A DNA stretch of 64,000 bases. It comes from an uncultured Lachnospiraceae bacterium (lineage in GTDB: Bacteria; Bacillota; Clostridia; Lachnospirales; Lachnospiraceae). The translations under genes were made by a program, and so were the position numbers. Shown in pieces: positions 1 through 8,162 of the stretch (its first letter is position 1; every line of letters starts with the position of its first letter). The DNA lies in contig CAMAGI010000003.1 of NCBI GenBank assembly GCA_945833775.1, positions 1,334-65,333 of the forward strand, in the 5' to 3' direction. The notes beneath the pieces were generated by a model that did not search any database, had not been told where the DNA came from, and saw only the letters and a program-made list of their open reading frames with translations.

Positions 1-84
1 GGTTTTACTGAGAGCAAAGTGACTTCCATGCTTCATCGAATCCGGGGAAAGCTCCGAAAGCACCTGGAGAAGGAGGGGTTCTGA
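1..84 (+). CDS. ECF sigma-70 factor, 3' end only (partial at window edge)
   Basis: Frame 1 reads GFTESKVTSMLHRIRGKLRKHLEKEGF*, resembling the region-4 tails of the sigmas at 12409 and 34789. TGA overlaps the ATG at 84. Confidence 0.8.
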   Translation, partial: GFTESKVTSMLHRIRGKLRKHLEKEGF

Positions 85-1301
85 TGAATTCCATGGATTT
101 GCTGGAAGTTATTGGATCCATCCGGGATAAATATGTTGCGGATGCCAGACAAATACTTGAAGAGAATGTTCCCGCAAAGGCGGTTAAACCCAGACACACC
201 GTTGCATATCGAATTGCTGCAGTGATCGCCCTGGTTTTGGCCTGCATCCTGTTCCTGCAAACGCCTATCGGTGCAGCTGCAGTAGAGGTCGTGAAAGAGT
301 CTGTTTCCAAGCTGATTGAATCTTTGTTCCCCCCAAAGGATGTCATTGTTATGCCGGAGGGAATGCCGGAAGCTGTGCCCCATGAAGCCCAGGGGCGAGA
401 TCCTGATGCGGATAATCCGGGCTTTGCCATGTATGTGGATACGGAATCCTATTTGATGACCGAGGAAAACGGGGGTTATTACGTCCGTCAGATTCCCATG
501 AAATATGACCGGGAAGAAATCCGGCAGCAGCAGGCAGCTACCCTGGAAGGCCTGTCTCCGGAGGAACAAGAAGCAGCCATTGATGAACGGATTCAGGAAT
601 TGAAGGATTTCTATGCTTCCTTACCTGCAAATGAAATCGAGATCCGGGAAGTACCCGGCAAGGAATTCTCCGCATACGCAGAGGAAGTCAGAAATCAGAT
701 GGCCGCAGACTGGGAAATTACAGAGGACTTGATCTGGGTCGATCGGCCTCTTGCCTTTACCTTCCGTGTATCCGGAGGAAATGCTTGGGATTCTCCCCAA
801 GAGGACCACTATTTCGTGGATAACGGCGAGCAGGGAACTTTTCATATCATTGCTCGCTACCGTCTGGAAGCTGCAGAGGGCCACGGCATGCGGTTTACGT
901 CCATGATCCAGACTTTCGCAGTCGTGAACAATGCGGATGTACTGGATAGGACCGCAGCGGTACAGCCTTTAGATACTTCTGAATATTCGTCTCCGGAAAT
1001 CGTTGTCAGTCAATTTATGCAAGCTTACTTTTCCGGCAACGCGGATTCAGTCAAACCATATTTATCGGAGTCCTTTGATTCGGCGATAGATGTATATACA
1101 GACTTTGAGCCTGCGGACCCGGAAATCCATGCGATCAAGGGCTTAGAAAACTGGGCGAGAGATTTGGAGCAGTGGGGAACCATTCGTCCCTCCATTGAAT
1201 TTAGAAAAACACCTGACAGCGATTATTATATGTACCTGAGTATGACCCTTGTCTGGGAGGATAACCAGTGGAAGGTGTCTGAATATGGTCTGGAAGGGTA
1301 G
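84..1301 (+). CDS. Putative membrane-anchored anti-sigma factor
   Basis: N-terminus MDLLEVIGSIRDKYVADA, one TM helix, acidic extracellular region. Translationally coupled to the sigma gene. Confidence 0.7.
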   Translation: MNSMDLLEVIGSIRDKYVADARQILEENVPAKAVKPRHTVAYRIAAVIALVLACILFLQTPIGAAAVEVVKESVSKLIESLFPPKDVIVMPEGMPEAVPHEAQGRDPDADNPGFAMYVDTESYLMTEENGGYYVRQIPMKYDREEIRQQQAATLEGLSPEEQEAAIDERIQELKDFYASLPANEIEIREVPGKEFSAYAEEVRNQMAADWEITEDLIWVDRPLAFTFRVSGGNAWDSPQEDHYFVDNGEQGTFHIIARYRLEAAEGHGMRFTSMIQTFAVVNNADVLDRTAAVQPLDTSEYSSPEIVVSQFMQAYFSGNADSVKPYLSESFDSAIDVYTDFEPADPEIHAIKGLENWARDLEQWGTIRPSIEFRKTPDSDYYMYLSMTLVWEDNQWKVSEYGLEG

Positions 1302-1312
1302 GGCGGCTGCAT

Positions 1313-3274
1313 ATGAAGGCAATGGATATTTTGGAAACCATGGGTTCCATCCGGGATAAGTACGTTTTGGAAGCACATAATCAGACGGCAGCAACGAAGA
1401 AACGGATTCCTTCTAAACGACTTCTCCTGATCGCTGCAATAATCTCTCTGCTACTCCTGTTGATGGGGTGTGCAGCAGTCCTAATTGGATTGCAGAAAAT
1501 CAGTTTAGGCAGGGTGACAGTCCCGCAATATAGCCAGCCTGGATGGACGATGGATATTGTGTCCACCAACGGCTATGTGGAATCTGTAAACTATAAGGCA
1601 ACCCAGGAGTGGATTGAGTTCATTAACAGCTATGATCAGGACAGATCGTTGGAACACGCAAAAGACACCAATGGCTATTCATCACCGGAAGATTATCGGA
1701 TCTACAACTGCTACACCCCGGAAATGCAGACTAAGGTGGATGAAATCGCTCAAAAATACGATCTTCAGCTGGCAGGACCGATTTACTTTACCAAAGAACC
1801 CAATGAAGTATTCTCGGCAGTAGGAATCCCGTCCATGATGCATAAATCATCGGAGAATATGTTCTCCCTTTCCGGCGGAGTATACTACCGAAGTGGATCC
1901 TTTAACATGGTTGGCATGGTAGATCATTGCTTTACAGGACGGAGTACAGCAGACTCGATTCTGTTTGTCTACACCTGCGACAAAAAGGACGTGTTTTTCC
2001 CGGACTATGTTATACTTAAGGATATGGATTCCATGGATTCCTGGGAATACACCGCATGGGATGGGACAAAGCTGCTTCTTGCCCAGAATGCGGAGCAAGG
2101 GTTGATTGTGGCAGATGTGGGAGAATTCAATATCTCCGTCACGCTGAATTTTTCCTATTCTTCACCCAACGGCGATGTGAATATACAGAATCCCTGTTCG
2201 CGGGAAGATTTTGAATGGATTGCAGATACTTTTGCTTATCAAATTATCCCGCAGGAGCCGGAAGCTGCCTGGCTAAAAAATCCAAATGGTCTGAACACCT
2301 GTGAAGATTCTATGACATTTGCAGAATATTTTGACAATTGGATGCCCGGATCGGTCGGTTCAGAAGCCTACAGCCCGGATTACCAGATAAAACCCGTGGA
2401 TTTGGATGAAGATGGCATTGACGAAATGCTGATTTGGAACACACGAACCGGCGTTGTGTATGAAGTTATCATCCGCGAAGGCAAGGATCTGAAATGTGTG
2501 TATGGTGGTGGAACCTATGCCCTGGACGATCATACGGTGGCCCTGTATCTTTGCGAGGGTAATGTTCTGGAAAAGGACTGCTATGATTTACAGGGGAAGC
2601 AGCTTAACGAGTATTACAGATTTCAGGATCATCAGTTGGTTTTGGTGGAATGTGTTATGGAAGGTGAAGACGGGAAATTCTACTGGAGCGAGTCCGGAGG
2701 TGCCTCCAGCCTTATGTGGAAAGAAATCACCAAGGGGGAATATGACAATTACCGCAGCAAGTATGTCCGAATTGGCACTCCACAGTATCCGTCTTCGGAG
2801 GAAATTGCAGACATTCAGCAATCGGAATCAAACATACTTCTTCAAGTGCTGCAAAATCAGGCACTGTTCTACTCCATAAGCAATGATGAATCGTGTACCT
2901 TATCCGAGTATTGCGCCGACGAAAGTAATCGCCTGGGCTTTGAAGTTTCGATTATCCGATATGCTTTTGTGGATATGGATGACGATGGTGTCCAGGAGGC
3001 AATTGTTGACTTCCGCTTCGGAGAAAACAGCCAGGTCATGTGCATGGTCCTGAAATCGGAGAGCCAAAACTCGATTGTATATGGCACGGGGTTTTATTAC
3101 CGCCAAATGTCTCAAATCAAGGAGGACGGCAGCTTTGCCTATTCCGGCGGCGGTGACAATGACGGCTGGGCCAAACTGCGATGGGAGAACAATACCTGGG
3201 TGGAGGAAACCATCGAGGACAGCGAACAGAAAGCAGATGTGCAATGGTATTCTTATCCCATAGATGCAGAGTGA
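1313..3274 (+). CDS. Second putative anti-sigma factor with multi-domain extracellular region
   Basis: N-terminus MDILETMGSIRDKYVLEA is paralogous to 84..1301. TM helix; DxDxDG motifs (DLDEDG, DMDDDG). Confidence 0.7.
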   Translation: MKAMDILETMGSIRDKYVLEAHNQTAATKKRIPSKRLLLIAAIISLLLLLMGCAAVLIGLQKISLGRVTVPQYSQPGWTMDIVSTNGYVESVNYKATQEWIEFINSYDQDRSLEHAKDTNGYSSPEDYRIYNCYTPEMQTKVDEIAQKYDLQLAGPIYFTKEPNEVFSAVGIPSMMHKSSENMFSLSGGVYYRSGSFNMVGMVDHCFTGRSTADSILFVYTCDKKDVFFPDYVILKDMDSMDSWEYTAWDGTKLLLAQNAEQGLIVADVGEFNISVTLNFSYSSPNGDVNIQNPCSREDFEWIADTFAYQIIPQEPEAAWLKNPNGLNTCEDSMTFAEYFDNWMPGSVGSEAYSPDYQIKPVDLDEDGIDEMLIWNTRTGVVYEVIIREGKDLKCVYGGGTYALDDHTVALYLCEGNVLEKDCYDLQGKQLNEYYRFQDHQLVLVECVMEGEDGKFYWSESGGASSLMWKEITKGEYDNYRSKYVRIGTPQYPSSEEIADIQQSESNILLQVLQNQALFYSISNDESCTLSEYCADESNRLGFEVSIIRYAFVDMDDDGVQEAIVDFRFGENSQVMCMVLKSESQNSIVYGTGFYYRQMSQIKEDGSFAYSGGGDNDGWAKLRWENNTWVEETIEDSEQKADVQWYSYPIDAE

Positions 3275-3391
3275 ATGTTCGCCGTCATTGATTCTGCGTA
3301 TGGAATGCGATATCATAATTCGGATTTTTCAGGCAGATCTGTTTTCTGCTGAAGACATTCGTCTTCTGAGATAATATAGGAGGCAGGAAAA

Positions 3392-4072
3392 ATGATGAAG
3401 CGAAAACGATTCCTGACAATATTGCTCTGTCTGTGCGCAGTCCTGTCTGGATGTACAAAAGAAAAAGAAGTATCCGCTACTGCTGCTGATATTGATTCAT
3501 CTTCTGCGACAATATCGGATGATAATCTGGCTTGGCAGGAATCAATTCCATTTGGCAGTGATAATTTGGATGAGTTTCATGCCGTCATTGATGAAATCCC
3601 GTATGATGGCGGATATATCGGGTCGTTCAGCGATTCTGAAGGCTACATAGTTCTAACCGCTGCGCCGGCGATGAATTGGCAGATGATTCGCATCTATCTA
3701 ACGGAAGACGGCGGTGAAACGTGGAAAGAAATCGGGAATCCTTGCTCCCAGCACATCTCAGTATTAACGGGTGCCGCATTTTCTTCCCCAGAGATAGGCT
3801 TTATTTGCTATCGGTACTACCAGGATGCAGGACCTGATATATGGTGGACGTCAGATGGTGGTAATAGCTGGTCAGAATTGACCGTAAATCTGCCTGCTGA
3901 ATACAAAAATGCTGACGGAAGCCTAAAGCCGGAATACCGTTTTACCCCTGAGACACCTGAATTTCATGATGGTAAGGGTATATTCCCAATCACGGCTCTG
4001 AATGTTGACGCTGAAATCAAAACCACACTTTACATGTATAGCAGCGATAATGGGATGAGTTGGCATTTCTAA
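3392..4072 (+). CDS. Lipoprotein with BNR/Asp-box repeats
   Basis: Lipobox VLSGC; Asp-boxes TEDGGETW, TSDGGNSW, SSDNGMSW; RBS AGGAGG. Confidence 0.75.
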   Translation: MMKRKRFLTILLCLCAVLSGCTKEKEVSATAADIDSSSATISDDNLAWQESIPFGSDNLDEFHAVIDEIPYDGGYIGSFSDSEGYIVLTAAPAMNWQMIRIYLTEDGGETWKEIGNPCSQHISVLTGAAFSSPEIGFICYRYYQDAGPDIWWTSDGGNSWSELTVNLPAEYKNADGSLKPEYRFTPETPEFHDGKGIFPITALNVDAEIKTTLYMYSSDNGMSWHF

Positions 4073-4086
4073 GGAGAGATATCGTA

Positions 4087-5808
4087 ATGGAAAAAGTCTC
4101 AAAAATAATCACAATACTGATATTGATGTTCATTATGGCTGGCTGCTCAAACAGGCCTGCAGAAACCACATTTGTAGAATCTGAAAATATTGGCCCCGAA
4201 TCAAGCAGCGAATCCGTTGAAACGGCAGAGCGTCGTACATCAAAATTATTTGATTTCTCTGTGAATGTATCCGATGACAGAGAACTTACCGTCTCTCTTC
4301 TGTTATCCGAGGCATCTGATAGCACATATACAACAGAGGTTTCTGAAGTACAAATCTATGACGGAGAGTCATTATTGCAGACGATTACAAAGGATGATAT
4401 TCCAGAAGTTTCGGACTATGCCTGGGATGGTCTTTTCCTGTACGAGGGCAGTCAAGTAGGATTGCCGGATGTTCGGGATTTGAATTTTGATGGGGCAGAG
4501 GATTTTGGATTGCTGGCGGTTTCTGTTTATCCTCAGAATGTTCCATATAGTTACTTCTTCTGGAATGCGGAAAAAGAAATGTTTGAATATCAGTTTACAG
4601 CATTCGGCCCCGGTTGGCTCCAAATTGACGAGGCAGAAAAGCGTTTGGTTGAAATATCAACCACGGGTGCTGAGACGTATAAAAAGTATTTCACCTTTCG
4701 CTCTGACGGATCAATAGAAATTTCATCTCAGGCAGAGGAACCCTTTGATACAACCCCGGTAACAATAGATGGCTACGTATACTGGGGTGGAGATTGTCCC
4801 GACGGAAGCCCCAATCATGTTAGCGTAACGATGGCATTATCAAGTGTTATGCATGGTGAAGAAGCATATAACTATTTGCTGCAAAGTGATCCAGAATTGG
4901 AAGCTCCCGCCCCCGGGCATGAATACATTGTGGTCACCTTGAACGTGAAATACGAGAATGGGGATCTGGATGTACTTGACATGACGGAAAACATTGCCAG
5001 ACAACCGGGGTATAGCCTTCGTTTTGCGCTGCAAAATGAGGATGGGAATGCTGACGATGTTACCTGTTCTCTTGCTGATCCAATTTACAATATGCGATTG
5101 TCAAAAGGAGAAAGCGCATCCGGCTCGGTGGCATTCCTTCAGGAAATCGGTAATACACAGCCATTGGTTTTTGATGGGTTTGACGAGATTACCGAATTCG
5201 AAATTCAAAATGAAAAAGAAAAAGTTTCATATACAACTTGGCAGGAGGCATATCTGTACATCATCCATAATTTATCTGATTATCTTGTTGACGCAGAGGA
5301 ACATGATCTGAAGGAAGAGTACGGATATCTGGGAATCCATGATTTTGATGGGGACGGTACGCCTGAATTAATAGCTGGCGATCTCGATTCTTTGGCTGTA
5401 TTTACATTTGCTGATGGAGAAGTGAAGAAGCTCGCAGATCTGTTTTATCCAGATATTGTGTGGTGTGTGAATGGAGTGCATTTCAATGGCAGAAGTATAC
5501 TGGCTCAGTGTGACGGGGCAGGCGGATCCAGCTTTGTAAGCTTCGGATATCTGGATGGGCAATATGTTCTGGGAATGTACAGTGAAACCAGTCACCCAAA
5601 TCCAGTTATTATCAATGGTGAGGAAAGCACCTTAGAGCAGATGAACCGGATATACAACCTCAACGTAGATGAAAATGATTCTGGAAAAAGTGTGCAAAGG
5701 ATCCGCCGTTATTTTGACGGAGGAACTTGGCAGATGCAGACTCTAAATGGTGAGATATATACCTTGGATGATTCGTTTGACTTCGAACATATCCTTTGGA
5801 AAGAGTAA
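4087..5808 (+). CDS. Multi-domain lipoprotein, function unknown
   Basis: RBS AAGGAG; lipobox IMAGC; DLNFDG and DFDGDG motifs. Confidence 0.7.
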   Translation: MEKVSKIITILILMFIMAGCSNRPAETTFVESENIGPESSSESVETAERRTSKLFDFSVNVSDDRELTVSLLLSEASDSTYTTEVSEVQIYDGESLLQTITKDDIPEVSDYAWDGLFLYEGSQVGLPDVRDLNFDGAEDFGLLAVSVYPQNVPYSYFFWNAEKEMFEYQFTAFGPGWLQIDEAEKRLVEISTTGAETYKKYFTFRSDGSIEISSQAEEPFDTTPVTIDGYVYWGGDCPDGSPNHVSVTMALSSVMHGEEAYNYLLQSDPELEAPAPGHEYIVVTLNVKYENGDLDVLDMTENIARQPGYSLRFALQNEDGNADDVTCSLADPIYNMRLSKGESASGSVAFLQEIGNTQPLVFDGFDEITEFEIQNEKEKVSYTTWQEAYLYIIHNLSDYLVDAEEHDLKEEYGYLGIHDFDGDGTPELIAGDLDSLAVFTFADGEVKKLADLFYPDIVWCVNGVHFNGRSILAQCDGAGGSSFVSFGYLDGQYVLGMYSETSHPNPVIINGEESTLEQMNRIYNLNVDENDSGKSVQRIRRYFDGGTWQMQTLNGEIYTLDDSFDFEHILWKE

Positions 5809-5942
5809 CGGAATTTATGACTATCATTTTCCCTGAAGGAGAATTCATTTCGGTATGGTAATCCCATAATACATCCTTCAAAAGCCGCTTGCGCGTGTTT
5901 GCCCAAGCGACTTTTCTTTTTCTCAGGAAATTGATATACTGT

Positions 5943-5970
5943 TGTCATGTTTTGGCAAGGTCAATCGTAT
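5943..5970 (+). promoter_or_regulatory. Candidate ECF-type autoregulatory promoter
   Basis: TGTCAT-N17-CGTAT about 50 bp upstream of the ECF gene. CGT is a typical ECF -10 core. Confidence 0.4.
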
Positions 5971-6018
5971 TCAGGATAGAGGGCCTCAAAAAAGCACAAA
6001 GGAAGGTGATGGACATTG

Positions 6019-6504
6019 ATGGATGAAGTTACTGCCAAAAGACTGGTAGATACCTATGCGGATCTGATTCTTCGCGTCAGCTATCAATATCTGAAACAAA
6101 CCTGTGACGCGGAAGATATCTGCCAGAGCGTATTCTTAAAGTACATAACCCACGATATGCGTTTTGACAGCGTGGAGCACGAAAAAGCGTGGATTATCCG
6201 AACCACAATCAATGCCTGCAAAGATCATGTAAAAAGTTCCTTTTTCCGGCGGACAGTGGCATTGGACGACGCCGAGCAGATCGCCGCTCCGGCGGTGCCG
6301 GATTCCTGTCTGCTGGATATGATGAAAGCTTTGCCGGAAAAATACAGGATCAGCCTGTATCTATACTACTATGAGGAATATTCTGCCCGGGAAATCGGAC
6401 AGATCATGGATGTCAGTGAGCATGCGGTGACCCAGTATCTGTCCCGTGGCCGCAGGAAACTGAGAAACATGATTATCGATGAGGAAAGGAGAATGTCACA
6501 GTGA
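6019..6504 (+). CDS. ECF sigma-70 factor (SigV-like)
   Basis: DAEDICQSVFLKY (region 2), EKAWIIRTTINACKD, YSAREIG...LSRGRRKL (region 4). Confidence 0.9.
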   Translation: MDEVTAKRLVDTYADLILRVSYQYLKQTCDAEDICQSVFLKYITHDMRFDSVEHEKAWIIRTTINACKDHVKSSFFRRTVALDDAEQIAAPAVPDSCLLDMMKALPEKYRISLYLYYYEEYSAREIGQIMDVSEHAVTQYLSRGRRKLRNMIIDEERRMSQ

Positions 6505-7679
6505 AGCACAATGTGAAATCCGAAATGAGGCAGTCCATGGACGCACTTCATTTTTCCGAAGAAGCAAAAAATGCCATGGTAAACCAGTTGCTGGCACAAA
6601 GCCGGGAGCAGAAACCAAAATTCAGCGGCAGAAAAATGATGACCGTCATGCTGGCAGCCACGTTGGCGGTTATGATGCTCACCGGTGCCGCCGTATATAC
6701 CCGGTGGTCCCATTCTGCCGAGAATCGGTACAAGCCCACCCAGCAGATCAAGGAGCAGGCAGAGAAAAGTGGCCTGTCTGTGATGCTGGAGGAAACCAAC
6801 AGTTCTGAAAACCCCAATGAAGTGCTGTCCGTTACCGATCAGGGTATTACCATCACGGCGGTGCAGACGATTGTGGACAATTACAATGCGGAGTTGACCT
6901 TCCGTATCGATGGCTTTGACCTGCCGGAAGACCGTATCCCCGCTGCATGGCCTGTTGTCACCATTGACGGAGATTTGTATTTCTATAGTTCTCAATCTGG
7001 TGCCTTTTTCGACGGCACCACACGAAATGACGAAGGAAAGCTGGTTTACGCATCCACGGGGGAGCCGGTGCGGACCAGGGATGATGAATTCCATTCTGTG
7101 ATTCTGGATTATGTGGCAGATGACGGAAGTCTGGAATTCACCCACCACATTTCCTTTAACGAAACCGATGGACGCTATTTGGGCAAGGAAATCCAGGTAA
7201 GATTCCCGTATATTGGCATTCAATCCACCCAGAAGGCAGGTCCTGATGAGCGATTGGTGGAAGGAGACTGGACTCTGCGCTGGATTCTTACTGGAACCAG
7301 TGACTGCATTACCATCGCACCCAATGCCAAAATTGGCGGCAGTGATGTCATCCTTCTGGATGCCGAAATTGGACAGAAGACTATCCGCGCCCGTTACAAG
7401 GTGGACGACTACTGGGAAGGATGGGATGAACTGGTTCCGCTCCCGCAGGCCGTCTACGGTGTCCGCATGAAGGACGGCACTCAGTATATCTGCGGCCCTA
7501 CAAGCTCTGGCTTTGAGGACCAGGAAAAGATGATCTACTTTACGGAGTCGGATATGTTCGATGTCATTCTGGATGTCAGTCAGGTCGAGTCCCTGATGTT
7601 CCACAAGGGGTGGGAAAAGGATGCCAATGGGGAGCCTACAATCGAGACATTTTACTACATTCCCGTTTCTGCAAATTGA
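6501..7679 (+). CDS. Anti-sigma-like membrane protein (DUF4179-like)
   Basis: GTGA overlap with the sigma gene; TM helix followed by SVTDQGITITAVQT; paralogous to 11258..12412. Confidence 0.75.
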   Translation: MKHNVKSEMRQSMDALHFSEEAKNAMVNQLLAQSREQKPKFSGRKMMTVMLAATLAVMMLTGAAVYTRWSHSAENRYKPTQQIKEQAEKSGLSVMLEETNSSENPNEVLSVTDQGITITAVQTIVDNYNAELTFRIDGFDLPEDRIPAAWPVVTIDGDLYFYSSQSGAFFDGTTRNDEGKLVYASTGEPVRTRDDEFHSVILDYVADDGSLEFTHHISFNETDGRYLGKEIQVRFPYIGIQSTQKAGPDERLVEGDWTLRWILTGTSDCITIAPNAKIGGSDVILLDAEIGQKTIRARYKVDDYWEGWDELVPLPQAVYGVRMKDGTQYICGPTSSGFEDQEKMIYFTESDMFDVILDVSQVESLMFHKGWEKDANGEPTIETFYYIPVSAN

Positions 7680-7693
7680 AATCAATATCTCCG

Positions 7694-7721
7694 GGAGGGC
7701 GCATTGCAGAATGCGCCCTCC
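7694..7721 (+). terminator. Hairpin, probable terminator
   Basis: GGAGGGCGCATT/AATGCGCCCTCC 12-bp stem; weak U-tract. Confidence 0.6.
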
Positions 7722-7732
7722 AATTATATGGG

Positions 7733-7785
7733 TTGACAAATCATTCTACAAGATGTAGTATATAGTTATACTACATCTTGTAGAA
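7733..7785 (+). promoter_or_regulatory. sigmaA promoter with two BlaI-type operators
   Basis: TTGACA-N17-TAGTAT. Boxes CTACAagaTGTAG and CTACAtctTGTAG lie within a perfect 19-bp inverted repeat (7744-7762 / 7767-7785). Confidence 0.8.
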
Positions 7786-7798
7786 CGGAGGGGACACA

Positions 7799-8158
7799 AT
7801 GGCAGACATAAGAATGGGGCCGGCGGAATCTCAGTTTGCGGAGATCATATGGGAAAACGAACCCATTGCTTCCGGGGAACTCGCCAAACTGGCGGAAACC
7901 GCACTGCAATGGAAGAAAACCACTTCCTTTACCGTCCTGAAACGGCTGTGCGAACGGGGGCTGTTTCAAAACGAGAAGGGATGCGTCACCTCTCTTGTTT
8001 CCCGGGAGGAATACTACGCCCTGCACAGCGAGCACTATGTGGAGGAGACTTTTGGTGGGTCGCTGCCCGCGTTTCTCGCGGCATTCGGCACCCACAAGAA
8101 GCTCTCCGATGGGGAAATCGAAGAAATGAAGGCCCTGATCGACAAAATGCGGGGGTGA
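7799..8158 (+). CDS. BlaI/MecI/CopY family repressor
   Basis: AESQFAEIIWENEPI...WKKTTSFTVLKRLCERG...FGGSLPAFLAAF. Confidence 0.92.
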   Translation: MADIRMGPAESQFAEIIWENEPIASGELAKLAETALQWKKTTSFTVLKRLCERGLFQNEKGCVTSLVSREEYYALHSEHYVEETFGGSLPAFLAAFGTHKKLSDGEIEEMKALIDKMRG

Positions 8159-8162
8159 TACC

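Noticed and set aside
6369-7739. 456-aa minus-strand ORF
   Set aside because: Antisense shadow of the sigma/anti-sigma genes; no motifs recognised.
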